Below are positions 1 to 10,184 of a stretch of 64,000 bases of DNA, in pieces. The position numbers and the translations under genes were made by a program. The DNA lies in the NCBI GenBank assembly GCA_942491855.1, contig CALOCL010000003.1, positions 39,497-103,496 of the forward strand. Direction: 5' to 3'. The stretch is from an uncultured Bacteroidales bacterium (GTDB lineage: Bacteria; Bacteroidota; Bacteroidia; Bacteroidales; GCA-2711565). Every line of letters begins with the position of its first letter. Within the stretch, counting starts at the first letter, position 1. A model generated the notes under the pieces. It was not told where the DNA came from. It was given only the letters and a program-made list of their open reading frames with translations, and did no database searches.

Positions 1-647
1 AAGAATCGGATAATTATCAGGTAACTAAAAACGTAATAAATGAAATTGTAAGGTTAAATGCTGAAACTAAGATTTCTGATGAGTTACTGCAAATTTTGCT
101 GAAAGATGAGATTTATAAGTTAAATGTAAATGATGAAATCATGTTTGATTTCCAAACTTTATGCAAAAACAATACATATATATCTAACCTTAATGATTCA
201 TACCAAACATACAAAAAAATTCTGCCTGGTATGCCTGTTTCAGATTTTAGATTTATTGACCAAATGGGGAAAGTTTATACCTTATCAGATTTCAAAGGAA
301 GCTACCTATATATTGATGTGTGGGGTCTTTACTGTTCTCCATGCTTAAAAGCGATGCCTAAGTTCAATGAAATAAAAAACTTTTTTAAAGGGAAAAAGAT
401 AAACTTTATTGGGGTTTGTAGAGAATTACCTAAAAATAAAGATAGATGGATTAAGAGAATGAGAGAATACAATGTAATGGGTCTTCAATTTTTACCCGAG
501 AATGAAAAACAATTTTTAAAAGATTATCTAATCGGAGAAATTCCACGCTATATACTCATCGATAAAGAAGGGCGTTTTATGAATGCTAATGCTACTAAGC
601 CTTCAGATGAGTTATTAAATGAATTATTAAAAATTAAGGATTTATAA
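1..647 (+). CDS. TlpA/ResA-like thiol-disulfide oxidoreductase (thioredoxin fold), 5' end outside window
   Basis: The frame of ORF 96..647 stays open back to base 3, so the gene is cut by the window edge. CxxC motif in WGLYCSPC preceded by DFKGSYLYIDVW, a typical redoxin layout. Confidence 0.8.
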   Translation, partial: ESDNYQVTKNVINEIVRLNAETKISDELLQILLKDEIYKLNVNDEIMFDFQTLCKNNTYISNLNDSYQTYKKILPGMPVSDFRFIDQMGKVYTLSDFKGSYLYIDVWGLYCSPCLKAMPKFNEIKNFFKGKKINFIGVCRELPKNKDRWIKRMREYNVMGLQFLPENEKQFLKDYLIGEIPRYILIDKEGRFMNANATKPSDELLNELLKIKDL

Positions 648-721
648 TAAGTGATATCGAGAATGCCGGAACTATCAATTTACTGCAAGTAGAAATAAAT
701 GTTAATTGGTCAAGGAACATT

Positions 722-2941
722 ATGAAAAAACAAATCTATATATTCATTTTAGTGATACTTATTATTTTAAATTTTAAATATGGGTTATCTCAAGAGAAAT
801 CAATTTCCGAAGTGCTTACACCTATTTATAATAAGTTTGGGATTGATTCTACCATAAAGACTTACTTGTTATTGAAGAATGAAGAAACTCAAGTATATGA
901 TTTTACAGAAAATCAATTAAATAATTTGGGGATCATTCTAATAAGAGAGGAAAAATTTGAAGATGCAATAAAGATCTTCGATTTGAATTCTTCTATGTTC
1001 CCTAATTCATGTAATGCAATTAATAATCTTGCCCGGGCTTATTTCTATTCTAAAGACTATTCTACTTCAAAGAAACTCTATGAAAAGGCCCTTAAACTCG
1101 ATTCTAATAATGTAGCAAAATATCAAATAGAAAGTATTTATAATGTATTAAATTATGATAAAAGGGAGTTCAATATTCCAATGCGGGATGGTGTTAAATT
1201 GCATACTCAAATCTACATTCCAAAAGATCAATCTAAAAACTATCCATTTTTAATAAATAGAACTAGTTACTCAACTTTTCCTTATGGTACATTTCCATAC
1301 AATTACAAAAATAAATTAGGTCCTACATGGGGATATAATCAAGAAGGATTCATTTTTGTTTATCAAGATGTAAGAGGAAGGTTTTTGTCTGAAGGAGAGT
1401 ATACGGAAATGAAACCATATAATCCTAATAAGGCAGAAGATGAGTCAGATGAGAGTTCGGATGTTTATGATACAATAGAATGGTTATTAAGGAATATTTC
1501 TAATAATAATGGTAAAGTTGGGCTATATGGCTACTCTTATCCTGGCTTTTATTCATTGATGGGACTTATTGATCCACATCCAGCACTAGCAGCTGTTATC
1601 CCTAAAGCCCCTATAGTCGACTGGTTTAAAGGTGATGATTTTCATCAAAATGGTGCATTCATGCTTCTTGCAGCATTAAATTATTTCAGGAGATGGGGGC
1701 ATGATAGCATAAGAAATACTACAAAAGTTCCAAATCCTATCTTTTCATTTGATCAAGAAGATTTATACACATACTTGTTAGAAAAAGGTTCTGCAAAGAA
1801 TATAGGAACTATTCTACTTAATAATAAAGTTCCTTTCTGGGATGATTTAATGCAACATGGAAACTATGATGATTTTTGGCAGACACGAAATGTTTCAGCA
1901 AATATTAATAAAGTAAGTATCCCTGTCTTAAATGTCGGTGGTTGGTTTGACAGAGAGAATATATATGGAACCTTAAATTCATTTAAAACCATTGAAAGTA
2001 AAAACCTAAAGAATAAAAATTCAATAATTGTAGGGCCTTGGTTTCATGGAGGATGGTATTTTGCTAATAACAGTGATTATCTTGGAGCATCAGATATTAA
2101 TGTAAAACAAAAAAGCACTGTTGAGATTTATAAAGATTTGGAAAAGAAATTCTTAAATTATAATTTAAAAAACCAAGGAGGAAATTCTGCTTCGAAAGCA
2201 TCTATGTATGATATTGGAATAAATAAGTGGAGATATTTTAATCAGTGGCCACCGAAAGAATTTGAAAGAAGGCAATTGTTTTTCGATAAGAATCAGACCC
2301 TTAGCTTTGATCAACCTCTTTCAAGAGAATCAAGCTCGAAATATATAAGTGATCCTTTAAATCCTGTTCCTGTAATGGGAAAAGTAATGCCTGATTTAGT
2401 TCCTGAACATGTGATTTGTGACCAGCGATTTGCAGAAAATCGTAAAGATGTTCTGGTTTTTCAAAGTGAAATACTGAAAGAAAACCTAACAGTTATTGGC
2501 CCAATTCAAGCAAATTTATTTGTGTCAACTTCTGGAACAGATTCTGATTGGATTATTAAAGTCATTGATCAATTCCCAGAAGATGTAGATGAATATCAAA
2601 ATGATGGTGAAAAGAGAGCTAATATGAAAGGATATAAAATGCTTTTAAGATATGGAGTTATGAGAGGAAAATTCAGAAATAGTCTTGAGTTTCCAGAACC
2701 ATTTATTCCAAATCAAATCACAAGTGTAAATTTCGAACTAAATGATGTTTGCCATACTTTTAAGAAAGGTCATAGAATAGTCATTTATGTTCAAAGCTCT
2801 ATGTTCCCCGCAATCGATAGAAACCCACAAATATTTACAGATATATATTCTGCTAAACCGAATGATTATAAGTCTGCTACTAATATACTATTTCATTCTA
2901 AAAAGCACTCATCTCATATAGCTTTTAAAATTCTAAAATAA
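722..2941 (+). CDS. CocE/NonD family hydrolase (peptidase S15-like) with N-terminal TPR-like module, exported
   Basis: 739-aa ORF with hydrophobic N-terminus and a TPR-like stretch (NLARAYFYSKDYSTSKKLYEKALKLD). S15 signatures FNIPMRDGVKLHTQIYIP and nucleophile elbow GLYGYSYPG, then a long C-terminal beta-sandwich-like region. Confidence 0.85.
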   Translation: MKKQIYIFILVILIILNFKYGLSQEKSISEVLTPIYNKFGIDSTIKTYLLLKNEETQVYDFTENQLNNLGIILIREEKFEDAIKIFDLNSSMFPNSCNAINNLARAYFYSKDYSTSKKLYEKALKLDSNNVAKYQIESIYNVLNYDKREFNIPMRDGVKLHTQIYIPKDQSKNYPFLINRTSYSTFPYGTFPYNYKNKLGPTWGYNQEGFIFVYQDVRGRFLSEGEYTEMKPYNPNKAEDESDESSDVYDTIEWLLRNISNNNGKVGLYGYSYPGFYSLMGLIDPHPALAAVIPKAPIVDWFKGDDFHQNGAFMLLAALNYFRRWGHDSIRNTTKVPNPIFSFDQEDLYTYLLEKGSAKNIGTILLNNKVPFWDDLMQHGNYDDFWQTRNVSANINKVSIPVLNVGGWFDRENIYGTLNSFKTIESKNLKNKNSIIVGPWFHGGWYFANNSDYLGASDINVKQKSTVEIYKDLEKKFLNYNLKNQGGNSASKASMYDIGINKWRYFNQWPPKEFERRQLFFDKNQTLSFDQPLSRESSSKYISDPLNPVPVMGKVMPDLVPEHVICDQRFAENRKDVLVFQSEILKENLTVIGPIQANLFVSTSGTDSDWIIKVIDQFPEDVDEYQNDGEKRANMKGYKMLLRYGVMRGKFRNSLEFPEPFIPNQITSVNFELNDVCHTFKKGHRIVIYVQSSMFPAIDRNPQIFTDIYSAKPNDYKSATNILFHSKKHSSHIAFKILK

Positions 2942-3080
2942 AAAATAATTTTTATGAAAACATATTGCTTTTTACTCTTGTATTATTTTTTTGTTTTTCA
3001 GGATTTAAAGACACTTCGGGCGAGAAATAGCAGTATATTATGAAATTTTATATTAAAAAATGAAAGGTGGTAAATATGTA
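2714..3080 (+). repeat. Direct repeat copy 1 (last 75 codons of the S15 gene, spacer, first codons of a small ORF); partner at 11887..12265
   Basis: Manual alignment: about 20 substitutions in 228 coding nt. Spacer blocks TTTTCAGGATTTAAAG and GAAATAGCAG are shared, as is GGTAAATATGT at the small-ORF start. Confidence 0.85.
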
Positions 3081-3219
3081 ATAACAAAAAAAATCTAATT
3101 TTATTGAATGTTACTATTCTGCGTTGTTAAATCTCCATAAAACACATAGTGCTGGTTTTTATACGATTAAAGACATGAAATCAGCAAGTGGCTTTAGTAA
3201 TGTATGTTATGATGAATGA
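3060..3219 (+). pseudogene. Frameshifted paralogue of small ORF 12244..12534
   Basis: ATG 3060 gives MKGGKYVITKKI* with the stop right after an A8 run (3086-3093). Removing one A gives MKGGKYVITKKSNFIECYYSALLNLHKTHSAGFYTIKDMKSASGFSNVCYDE*, which parallels KGKYVITKHSPILF...STGFFHL...FRVVCH of the 12244 ORF. Confidence 0.55.
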
Positions 3220-3357
3220 GAAAATTTATATATTAAAAGCAACCCAGAGTGTAATTCGAACATTATTGAAAATTTTTAGTTAGACAGGATACAATAGGAC
3301 TGCTTATTAAGCGACATTACATCTAAAATTATAATCATTAAAAGAGATGAACATAAG

Positions 3358-4833
3358 ATGAAAATTCTAGGTAAAAGTACTATTATTATAATCACTTGTC
3401 TATTATTCACATTATTAACTGGATGCCTTCTAAATGAGAATAAGTCAAAAGACAAAAAGATTAAAGACTTAATGGATCAATACCACGATCTAGGTCAGTT
3501 TAACGGTTCTGTTCTGGTTTCGAAAGGTGATAATATTATTTATAAGAGTGGGTATGGGCTAGCAAATAGAGAATGGAATACTTATAATGATCCTGAAACA
3601 AAGTATAGACTGGGCTCCATTACTAAACAATTTACGGCTGCCATTATTCTAAAATTGGTGGAAGATGGCAAACTAAGCTTAGATCAGAAGATTATTGAAA
3701 TCCTTCCAAATTTTAATCAAGAAAGCGGTTTAAAGGTAAGCATACATCATTTACTAACCCACACATCAGGGATTCCCATGCCTCAATTATCTCGTGAAGA
3801 ATATGATGACATTTTTCAAAATAAACAAAGTACCGAACAACTTATAAAAAAATTATGCAATGAAGACTTAGCATTTAATCCAGGCTCAGAATTCAGATAT
3901 AGTAGTGCAGGTTACATAATCTTAGGTGCCATCATTGAACGAATAACAGCAAAAACTTGGGAAGAAAGCATCAAGGAATATATTCTTGACCCTTTAGAGA
4001 TGAACGATACAGGTGTTGATGATTACGAAAAAATTATTCCTAAAAGAGCTTCCGGATACCAAACCAATTATGGAAATGGTAACGCTCACTTTAAGTATAT
4101 GCCAAGTTCCTTTTCATCGGGTGCATTATATTCTACGGTTGAAGATATGCATAAGTGGTTTGTGGGATTGTGCAACAATAAAGTAATTTCCTCAAATCTG
4201 AAAGATTTAATGTTTTCAAAACATATTGGAAAACACCCTAGATATTTTGGATACGGGTGTTTTGTGGATGAGGTTGAGGTTAATGATTCAATAGTCAAAA
4301 TGATTTCTCATGCTGGAGATGTACATGGTTTCAGTGCCATCATTCTAGGAAACCCTCAAAATCAGGAGGCGGTTGTTCTTCTTTCTAATCAAGAAGGTAC
4401 TCACTATTACGAAATCGCTAATAATCTATTCAATATTCTAAATGACCTTGATGTTGATACACCAAAAAAATATGTTGCGGATGTATTAAGAGAAACCATT
4501 TATGCATCTGGAATTGAAATGGCCAAAAATAAATATTATGAAATGACAGAACTAGGATTTGAAAATTTCAATACTGACATTAGTGAATTGATTGAATTAG
4601 CCCAAGATTTGCAATATACCGGTAAGATTAAGGAGTCAATTGAAGTATTGAATATTACCTCCAGCTTACATCCTGATTCATATTATGTATTCGAATGCCT
4701 TGGTGAAGCTCTCTTTATTGAGAAAAACTTCAAATTAGCAATTCAGAATTTTAAGAAATCTTATACATTAAACCCTGAGAATATAAACGCTTTACATAAG
4801 ATTAATGAAATTGAAAAGATGATTGAAAAATAA
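3358..4833 (+). CDS. Beta-lactamase-fold serine hydrolase (S12-like) with C-terminal TPR-like tail, lipoprotein
   Basis: 491-aa ORF with lipoprotein-type signal (LLTGC). SxxK motif in LGSITKQFTA, YSSAGY (YxN-like) motif, TPR-like helical repeats at aa ~400-491. Confidence 0.85.
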   Translation: MKILGKSTIIIITCLLFTLLTGCLLNENKSKDKKIKDLMDQYHDLGQFNGSVLVSKGDNIIYKSGYGLANREWNTYNDPETKYRLGSITKQFTAAIILKLVEDGKLSLDQKIIEILPNFNQESGLKVSIHHLLTHTSGIPMPQLSREEYDDIFQNKQSTEQLIKKLCNEDLAFNPGSEFRYSSAGYIILGAIIERITAKTWEESIKEYILDPLEMNDTGVDDYEKIIPKRASGYQTNYGNGNAHFKYMPSSFSSGALYSTVEDMHKWFVGLCNNKVISSNLKDLMFSKHIGKHPRYFGYGCFVDEVEVNDSIVKMISHAGDVHGFSAIILGNPQNQEAVVLLSNQEGTHYYEIANNLFNILNDLDVDTPKKYVADVLRETIYASGIEMAKNKYYEMTELGFENFNTDISELIELAQDLQYTGKIKESIEVLNITSSLHPDSYYVFECLGEALFIEKNFKLAIQNFKKSYTLNPENINALHKINEIEKMIEK

Positions 4834-4851
4834 TAATTAAAAAACAGAAAA

Positions 4852-6075
4852 ATGAAAACTTTTTTTATACCAATGTTTATCTTGTTTTCTGGATTTAGTT
4901 TGATCGCTCAAATTCCGAATGACCCATTTTTTAAATACCAAATTACAATGAATGGGTTTCAAGATGATACAATCTCTATTCCACTTTATAATAATCGCAA
5001 GAAAAACAAAGATTTAAGAGTAAATCCTGAATTTCTATTGAATTTTACTAAAGTCTGGGAAATAACAACAGGAAGTAAGAAAGTTATTGTTGCGCTTTTA
5101 GAAGATGGTTTTTTTTATGAACATGAGGATATAATTGATAATATTTGGGAAAATCCTGGAGAGATTGGATTAGATAAAAATGGGCTTTCTAAGGATGCTA
5201 ACGGAATTGATGATGACCAAAATGGTTATGTGGATGATGTCATGGGTTATGATTTCATTTTTAATGATCCTGATCCAGACCCTTATATTTATGATGGAAT
5301 GGATAGAAATTCAATCCAACCAGCGTGGCATAGCATAGGTATTATGGGTATTATTGGGGCAAAAGGCAATAATCGAATTGGAATAGCAGGAATAAATTGG
5401 GATGTTTCTATGATGCTATTAAAAATTGGTGCACAGGGATTAAGAATGAATGAACTCGATCCCTTAAAACCAGAAAGAATTGCTAAAGCAATAAAATATG
5501 CAGTTGATAATGGAGCAAGAATTATTAATTGGTCAGGATTTATAAATCACAAAGATTCTACATCAATAAGTAAAATATCAGAGGCTATAAGATATGCTGA
5601 AGATAATGGAGTCCTACTTGTAACTTCTGCTGGGAATTATTACAAAAACATTGACAAACTAGAGAATTTTATAGTTCCAACTGGTTTAAAATTTTCTAAT
5701 ATAATTAGAGTAGGGGAAATTGATTTTGATGGTACTATTACTAAGCGAGTAACTATGCGTGGAGATACCTTAGGATCATCCTATGGTAAAAATTCTGTAG
5801 AAGTAGCTGCAATTGCAAAACATTTTACTACAAATCTGTATAATAATATTAGTACTTATAGAATAGTACCGGGAGGAACATCTAATTCAGCACCAGTTGT
5901 TACAGGCATAGCTGCTCTTATGCTATCAGTAAATCCTTCCTTAACTCCCCAAGAAATTAGAAAAATAATTATTAATACAGCTAAACCTGTTGTTGAACTA
6001 GATGAATATTTTATTTCTGGAGGAATTGTAAACCCCTTGAAAGCTGTGTTAGAGGCGATAGAATCAAAAAGATAA
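4852..6075 (+). CDS. S8 family (subtilisin-like) serine peptidase, exported
   Basis: 407-aa ORF with signal peptide. Triad contexts VALLEDG (Asp), WHSIGIMGIIGA (His) and GGTSNSAPVVTG (Ser). Confidence 0.8.
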   Translation: MKTFFIPMFILFSGFSLIAQIPNDPFFKYQITMNGFQDDTISIPLYNNRKKNKDLRVNPEFLLNFTKVWEITTGSKKVIVALLEDGFFYEHEDIIDNIWENPGEIGLDKNGLSKDANGIDDDQNGYVDDVMGYDFIFNDPDPDPYIYDGMDRNSIQPAWHSIGIMGIIGAKGNNRIGIAGINWDVSMMLLKIGAQGLRMNELDPLKPERIAKAIKYAVDNGARIINWSGFINHKDSTSISKISEAIRYAEDNGVLLVTSAGNYYKNIDKLENFIVPTGLKFSNIIRVGEIDFDGTITKRVTMRGDTLGSSYGKNSVEVAAIAKHFTTNLYNNISTYRIVPGGTSNSAPVVTGIAALMLSVNPSLTPQEIRKIIINTAKPVVELDEYFISGGIVNPLKAVLEAIESKR

Positions 6076-6119
6076 TTACAATATCGCATAATTTATCAAG
6101 TTTAAATCTAATAATTATT

Positions 6120-8048
6120 ATGAAAAGCTATAAAAATATCATTAAAAGATTAGGTTTGTTTTTTTTCTTTTTAATAGTCCTATTAATTCTTTTTCCCATA
6201 GTAATATCTGTTTTTAAGCTAACTCCTGATTATACTAAAAAATATACTATAGCTGGCTTTCCTATTAACACAATTAAATATATACAATTGGACAAGGAAA
6301 CAAATATTTGGATTAGTGTATGGTTGCCAGAAAATTTAAGTGCTAATAAAAAAATTTCAACACTAATTGAAACAAGTAGGTATGCTGAACATTTTGAAAT
6401 GGGATGGTTTTATAAAAGCTTGCAAGTTTTATCATTAGAGGATGATAACAGTTTCAAATCTGCTAAACCCAAGTTAGATAATGGATATGCTTACGTGTGG
6501 ATTCAATCTCCCGGATCATGCCAATCAAGTGGAGCTCGAAATATTGAATATCCCCCAAATGAAATTGATGCAATAAATACTGTAATTGAATGGATAATTA
6601 AGCAACCATGGTCAAATCAGAAGGTAGGAGCAATAGGTGGATCCTATTCTGGAACAACAGCAGAAATGAGTTGTGCTACAATGCATCCTGCACTTAAGGT
6701 CGTAGTATCTAAAGCACCTGATTTTGATCCTTATCAGGTAAATGCGCAACCAGGTGGATTGATGTCAGAAACATTTATAAAGACCTGGGCCAATATGATA
6801 TATAAAATGGATCAAAATGATGTTGTTGGAGTTGTAGAAGCGATTAATGGTGAAATGTCATTTATAGAAAAGATTATTCTTAAATCTCAGGTAAAAAAGT
6901 TAAAAGAACCTAACGAAGAGGATATTGATATTTATAACTTAGCTATAGAAAATCATAAAAATAATATTAAACCTGAAGAGCTTATTAAACTAATTGAATT
7001 TAAAGACCTTAGTGATACAAGGAGATCTAATCTTTCAATTGGTGATATTGCATTATATAACTACAAGGATAAAATTGAAGAAGCACAGGTGAACACATAT
7101 ACTTTAGTTGGATGGATGGATGCTGCTGTTGCCGAAGGAGCTTTACAAAAATATTTAACAATAAATTCTCCACAAGTTCTTACAATTTACCCAACAGGTC
7201 ATGTTTTAAGTAAATTGTCTGATCCATATGATACCTTGAAAACATTTAGTAAAAATGAAAAGGAAACCTTTGAAAATAATTATTGGAGTTATCTTGATAA
7301 GAATTTAAATTCTTGTTGTGAGAAAGAAGGAAGGAAAATTCGGTATTTCACATATGGAATTAATAAATGGCAAGAAACAACTGTATGGCCACCCAAAGGG
7401 GCTGAATATAAAAGATGGTACTTTAACGAAAATAATTCTTTAAAAACATCCAATCCATTAGTAAACAATGGCCTTGATAAATATATAGTTGATTTTACTG
7501 CAACTACAGGATCTAAAAATAGATGGATATCACAAATGGGGAAACATGTTATTTATAATGATAGAACAAATGAAGATACGAAGTTATTAACTTATACAAC
7601 TGATCCTTTAATTGAAGATATAGAAATAACAGGAAGTCCTACTGTAACATTATTTGTCTCCTCAACACACAAAGATGGGTCTTATCATATTTATCTTGAA
7701 GATATTACTCCGAATGGAGAAGCAATTTATTTAACAGAAGGTCTTTTAAGAGCGATTCATCGAAAGGAGTACCCCATCGAAGATGCACCTTATGTTCCGC
7801 TGGGAGTTTATCATTCATATTCTCAGTTAGATACAACATCCTTAGTTCCTGGGGAAGTTACCAAAATCAAAATATCATTATATCCGATTTCAACGGTATT
7901 TAAAAAAGGACATTCAATAAGGGTTTCAATTGCAGGCTATGATGCTTCAATGCAAAGCAAATATCCACAAGAGGGAACTCCAGTATTAAATGTTGAACGC
8001 AATTTGTTTTATAAATCAAATATTGAGATGCCAGTGATAAAAAGATAA
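6120..8048 (+). CDS. CocE/NonD family hydrolase (S15-like), membrane-anchored, highly diverged from 722..2941
   Basis: 642-aa ORF with N-terminal TM anchor (LGLFFFFLIVLLILFPIVISVF) and nucleophile elbow GAIGGSYSG. Size and C-terminal domain pattern match S15 hydrolases. Confidence 0.75.
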   Translation: MKSYKNIIKRLGLFFFFLIVLLILFPIVISVFKLTPDYTKKYTIAGFPINTIKYIQLDKETNIWISVWLPENLSANKKISTLIETSRYAEHFEMGWFYKSLQVLSLEDDNSFKSAKPKLDNGYAYVWIQSPGSCQSSGARNIEYPPNEIDAINTVIEWIIKQPWSNQKVGAIGGSYSGTTAEMSCATMHPALKVVVSKAPDFDPYQVNAQPGGLMSETFIKTWANMIYKMDQNDVVGVVEAINGEMSFIEKIILKSQVKKLKEPNEEDIDIYNLAIENHKNNIKPEELIKLIEFKDLSDTRRSNLSIGDIALYNYKDKIEEAQVNTYTLVGWMDAAVAEGALQKYLTINSPQVLTIYPTGHVLSKLSDPYDTLKTFSKNEKETFENNYWSYLDKNLNSCCEKEGRKIRYFTYGINKWQETTVWPPKGAEYKRWYFNENNSLKTSNPLVNNGLDKYIVDFTATTGSKNRWISQMGKHVIYNDRTNEDTKLLTYTTDPLIEDIEITGSPTVTLFVSSTHKDGSYHIYLEDITPNGEAIYLTEGLLRAIHRKEYPIEDAPYVPLGVYHSYSQLDTTSLVPGEVTKIKISLYPISTVFKKGHSIRVSIAGYDASMQSKYPQEGTPVLNVERNLFYKSNIEMPVIKR

Positions 8049-8057
8049 ACTAAAAAA

Positions 8058-8226
8058 ATGAGATATATTATGGAAGAGCAGAAAGCAAGTTGAATAAGCG
8101 AAAAAACACCAAGAATGAAACTTTAATTGCAAGAAAAAAACAATATCAAAGAAATCAATTAACTTAGAATTAATACTCTCTTAGATTTTAACTGCTAAAA
8201 AGTTTAAATTTCGCTGGTGACGTACA
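8058..8226 (+). mobile_element. Relic of an IS3-family element: last ~35 codons of orfB plus right inverted repeat
   Basis: Translation 8060-8164 EIYYGRAESKLNKRKNTKNETLIARKKQYQRNQLT* parallels DVYYGRGEQILNERKKLKNQAFIYRRNEYKKF of the intact orfB (10559..11560). The downstream AATACTCTCTTAG and terminal GACGTACA (ends 8226) match the intact IRR at 11567-11615. Confidence 0.8.
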
Positions 8227-8379
8227 TCACTACAAATATGGATTTTCAATCTGCAATCTATTGCCTAGCTTGCAATTGATTTTTCAGCTAGATAAATACT
8301 GTAACAAGAGCGTTTTAAGCTCGTTTATATTATTAGTATTTAAAAAGAATTTTTGATTTTAAATTTTAACACCTTAATA

Positions 8380-9726
8380 ATGATGATTAGAAGAACTATA
8401 ATTACGATAATCCTTTTCACTTTTGGATTATCCAACCTTGTCTTTTCCCAAAACCCAACTATAAATAATGTGGTATTTTCGAGGAGTGAATTAATTGAAG
8501 ATCTAAATATGCTGCGAGACACCCTGAAAGTTCATCCCAAATTGTATGAGTTTACCAATAAATATGAGTTTGATAAAATCTATCAAAGCATCAAAAATCA
8601 GCTCAAAGATGGGATGACTGCCGACGATTTTTTAAAAATCGCCTATCCATTGGTTGAACGAATTGGATGTGGACATTCGTCACTTTTCCCACCAATGAGT
8701 TATATTGCTAATCCTGAAGGAAAGACGATCCCTTTAGATATAAAAATTGATCAGGATGATATTTATATACTTTCAACATTTCCTGAAGGACTAATTCCAA
8801 GCGGGAGTAAATTACTTGCTATAAATAATAGGTCTTCAAAGGAAATTATTGCAAAACTTATGGATTATGTTTCGGTGGATGGCCTAAACAATCTTTCGGC
8901 CAAAAAATTCGGAGCTGAAAAAATGTTTGGAATGATATATCCCAAGTTTTTTACTCCTACCAACAACTATAAAATTCATTATCAGCTACCTTTCTGCGAA
9001 ACAACAGAAGAAATCATTTTAGAATCCTATAGCATTAAAGAAATCTGGATGCCTAAAATGAGTATTAAGAATCCATTCAGCTATAAATATCGAGAAGACC
9101 TAAATGCACTTATCCTTACTATAAAATCTTTCTATTTTAATGGAAATAACGACGAATTTTATACCTTTTTAGAAGAAGCTTTTGCAAAAGCTAAAAATGA
9201 AAAGATTGAGAATATTATTTTAGATTTACGAGGCAATGGTGGAGGCGATCCCTTGGCTGCAGGGCGTTTATTCTCCTACCTCATCCCAAAACCCCTAAAA
9301 TATTTTTCTGATGTTTTCTCTGATAAATATGCAAAGCTTGCCACGTCGATAAAACTTGCTGCGAATCACTTTGATGGTGAACTTTATACCTTAATTGACG
9401 GAGGAGGGTTTTCGACAACAGGTCATTTCGTATCCTTACTTAAATATCTTCAGATTGGAAAAATTATCGGTTCGGAACTAGGATCTACCTTTACTTGTAA
9501 CGATAATTGTATTTATGTAACTTTAAAAAACACTGGATATTTGGCAAAAATTGCACGATCAACTTTTTCAACCGCCGTTGAAGGAATGAGAGCAGATCAG
9601 GGGGTACTTCCCGACGTTCATGTTGCATTCTCTATCAAAGACTATGTCGATGGTGTTGATTCAGAAATAGAAACAATTAAAAAAATGATCATTAAACGAA
9701 AACAGACTAGATTAAAATCTAATTAA
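8380..9726 (+). CDS. S41 family peptidase, exported
   Basis: ORF 8353..9726, with the likely ATG at 8380 (MMIRRTIITIILF signal). S41 signature ILDLRGNGGGD and downstream GGGFSTTGH. Confidence 0.8.
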   Translation: MMIRRTIITIILFTFGLSNLVFSQNPTINNVVFSRSELIEDLNMLRDTLKVHPKLYEFTNKYEFDKIYQSIKNQLKDGMTADDFLKIAYPLVERIGCGHSSLFPPMSYIANPEGKTIPLDIKIDQDDIYILSTFPEGLIPSGSKLLAINNRSSKEIIAKLMDYVSVDGLNNLSAKKFGAEKMFGMIYPKFFTPTNNYKIHYQLPFCETTEEIILESYSIKEIWMPKMSIKNPFSYKYREDLNALILTIKSFYFNGNNDEFYTFLEEAFAKAKNEKIENIILDLRGNGGGDPLAAGRLFSYLIPKPLKYFSDVFSDKYAKLATSIKLAANHFDGELYTLIDGGGFSTTGHFVSLLKYLQIGKIIGSELGSTFTCNDNCIYVTLKNTGYLAKIARSTFSTAVEGMRADQGVLPDVHVAFSIKDYVDGVDSEIETIKKMIIKRKQTRLKSN

Positions 9727-10184
9727 ATTAAATAGATACAGTGAAAAAATCAGAATTCGTATCTGATAAAAAAGAAAGATGAATATTCGAGGATTATATT
9801 TAATGTTAATACTGGTTTTTTCTAGTATTCAATAACATAATAATTAACCGGTTTTTAATTAATGTGACAGAACCATAAAAAGAGGTAATATGAAAATTAA
9901 ATATTTAAATAAGTTATTCTATTCACATAGAAGCATCAGACTTATATGGGCTATTTTAGCTGTGATGATATTGATATTTGCCGGAGAGTTAATATTCGTT
10001 GATTCGTTTGTCAAGTTATTACCAAAGTTAGGATTATCATAAGTTACAGGTGTTATTGCTAATAATTGGTCAGAATCTTTAGGGGAGTCGTTGAAAAGAA
10101 TCATATGTAAATCGTCAGCATAAAGTGGACTGATTTAGACAAAAACTAAGAGAGTGTTTTCCAAATCTTTAAATTTGATATGTT

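Noticed and set aside
9919-10104. 61-aa minus-strand ORF ending exactly at the left IS boundary, considered as a gene interrupted by the IS
   Set aside because: Joining the flanks across the IS (removing one ATA) puts a stop codon a few codons upstream in that frame. The peptide is low in complexity (N/I/T-rich) with no recognisable features.
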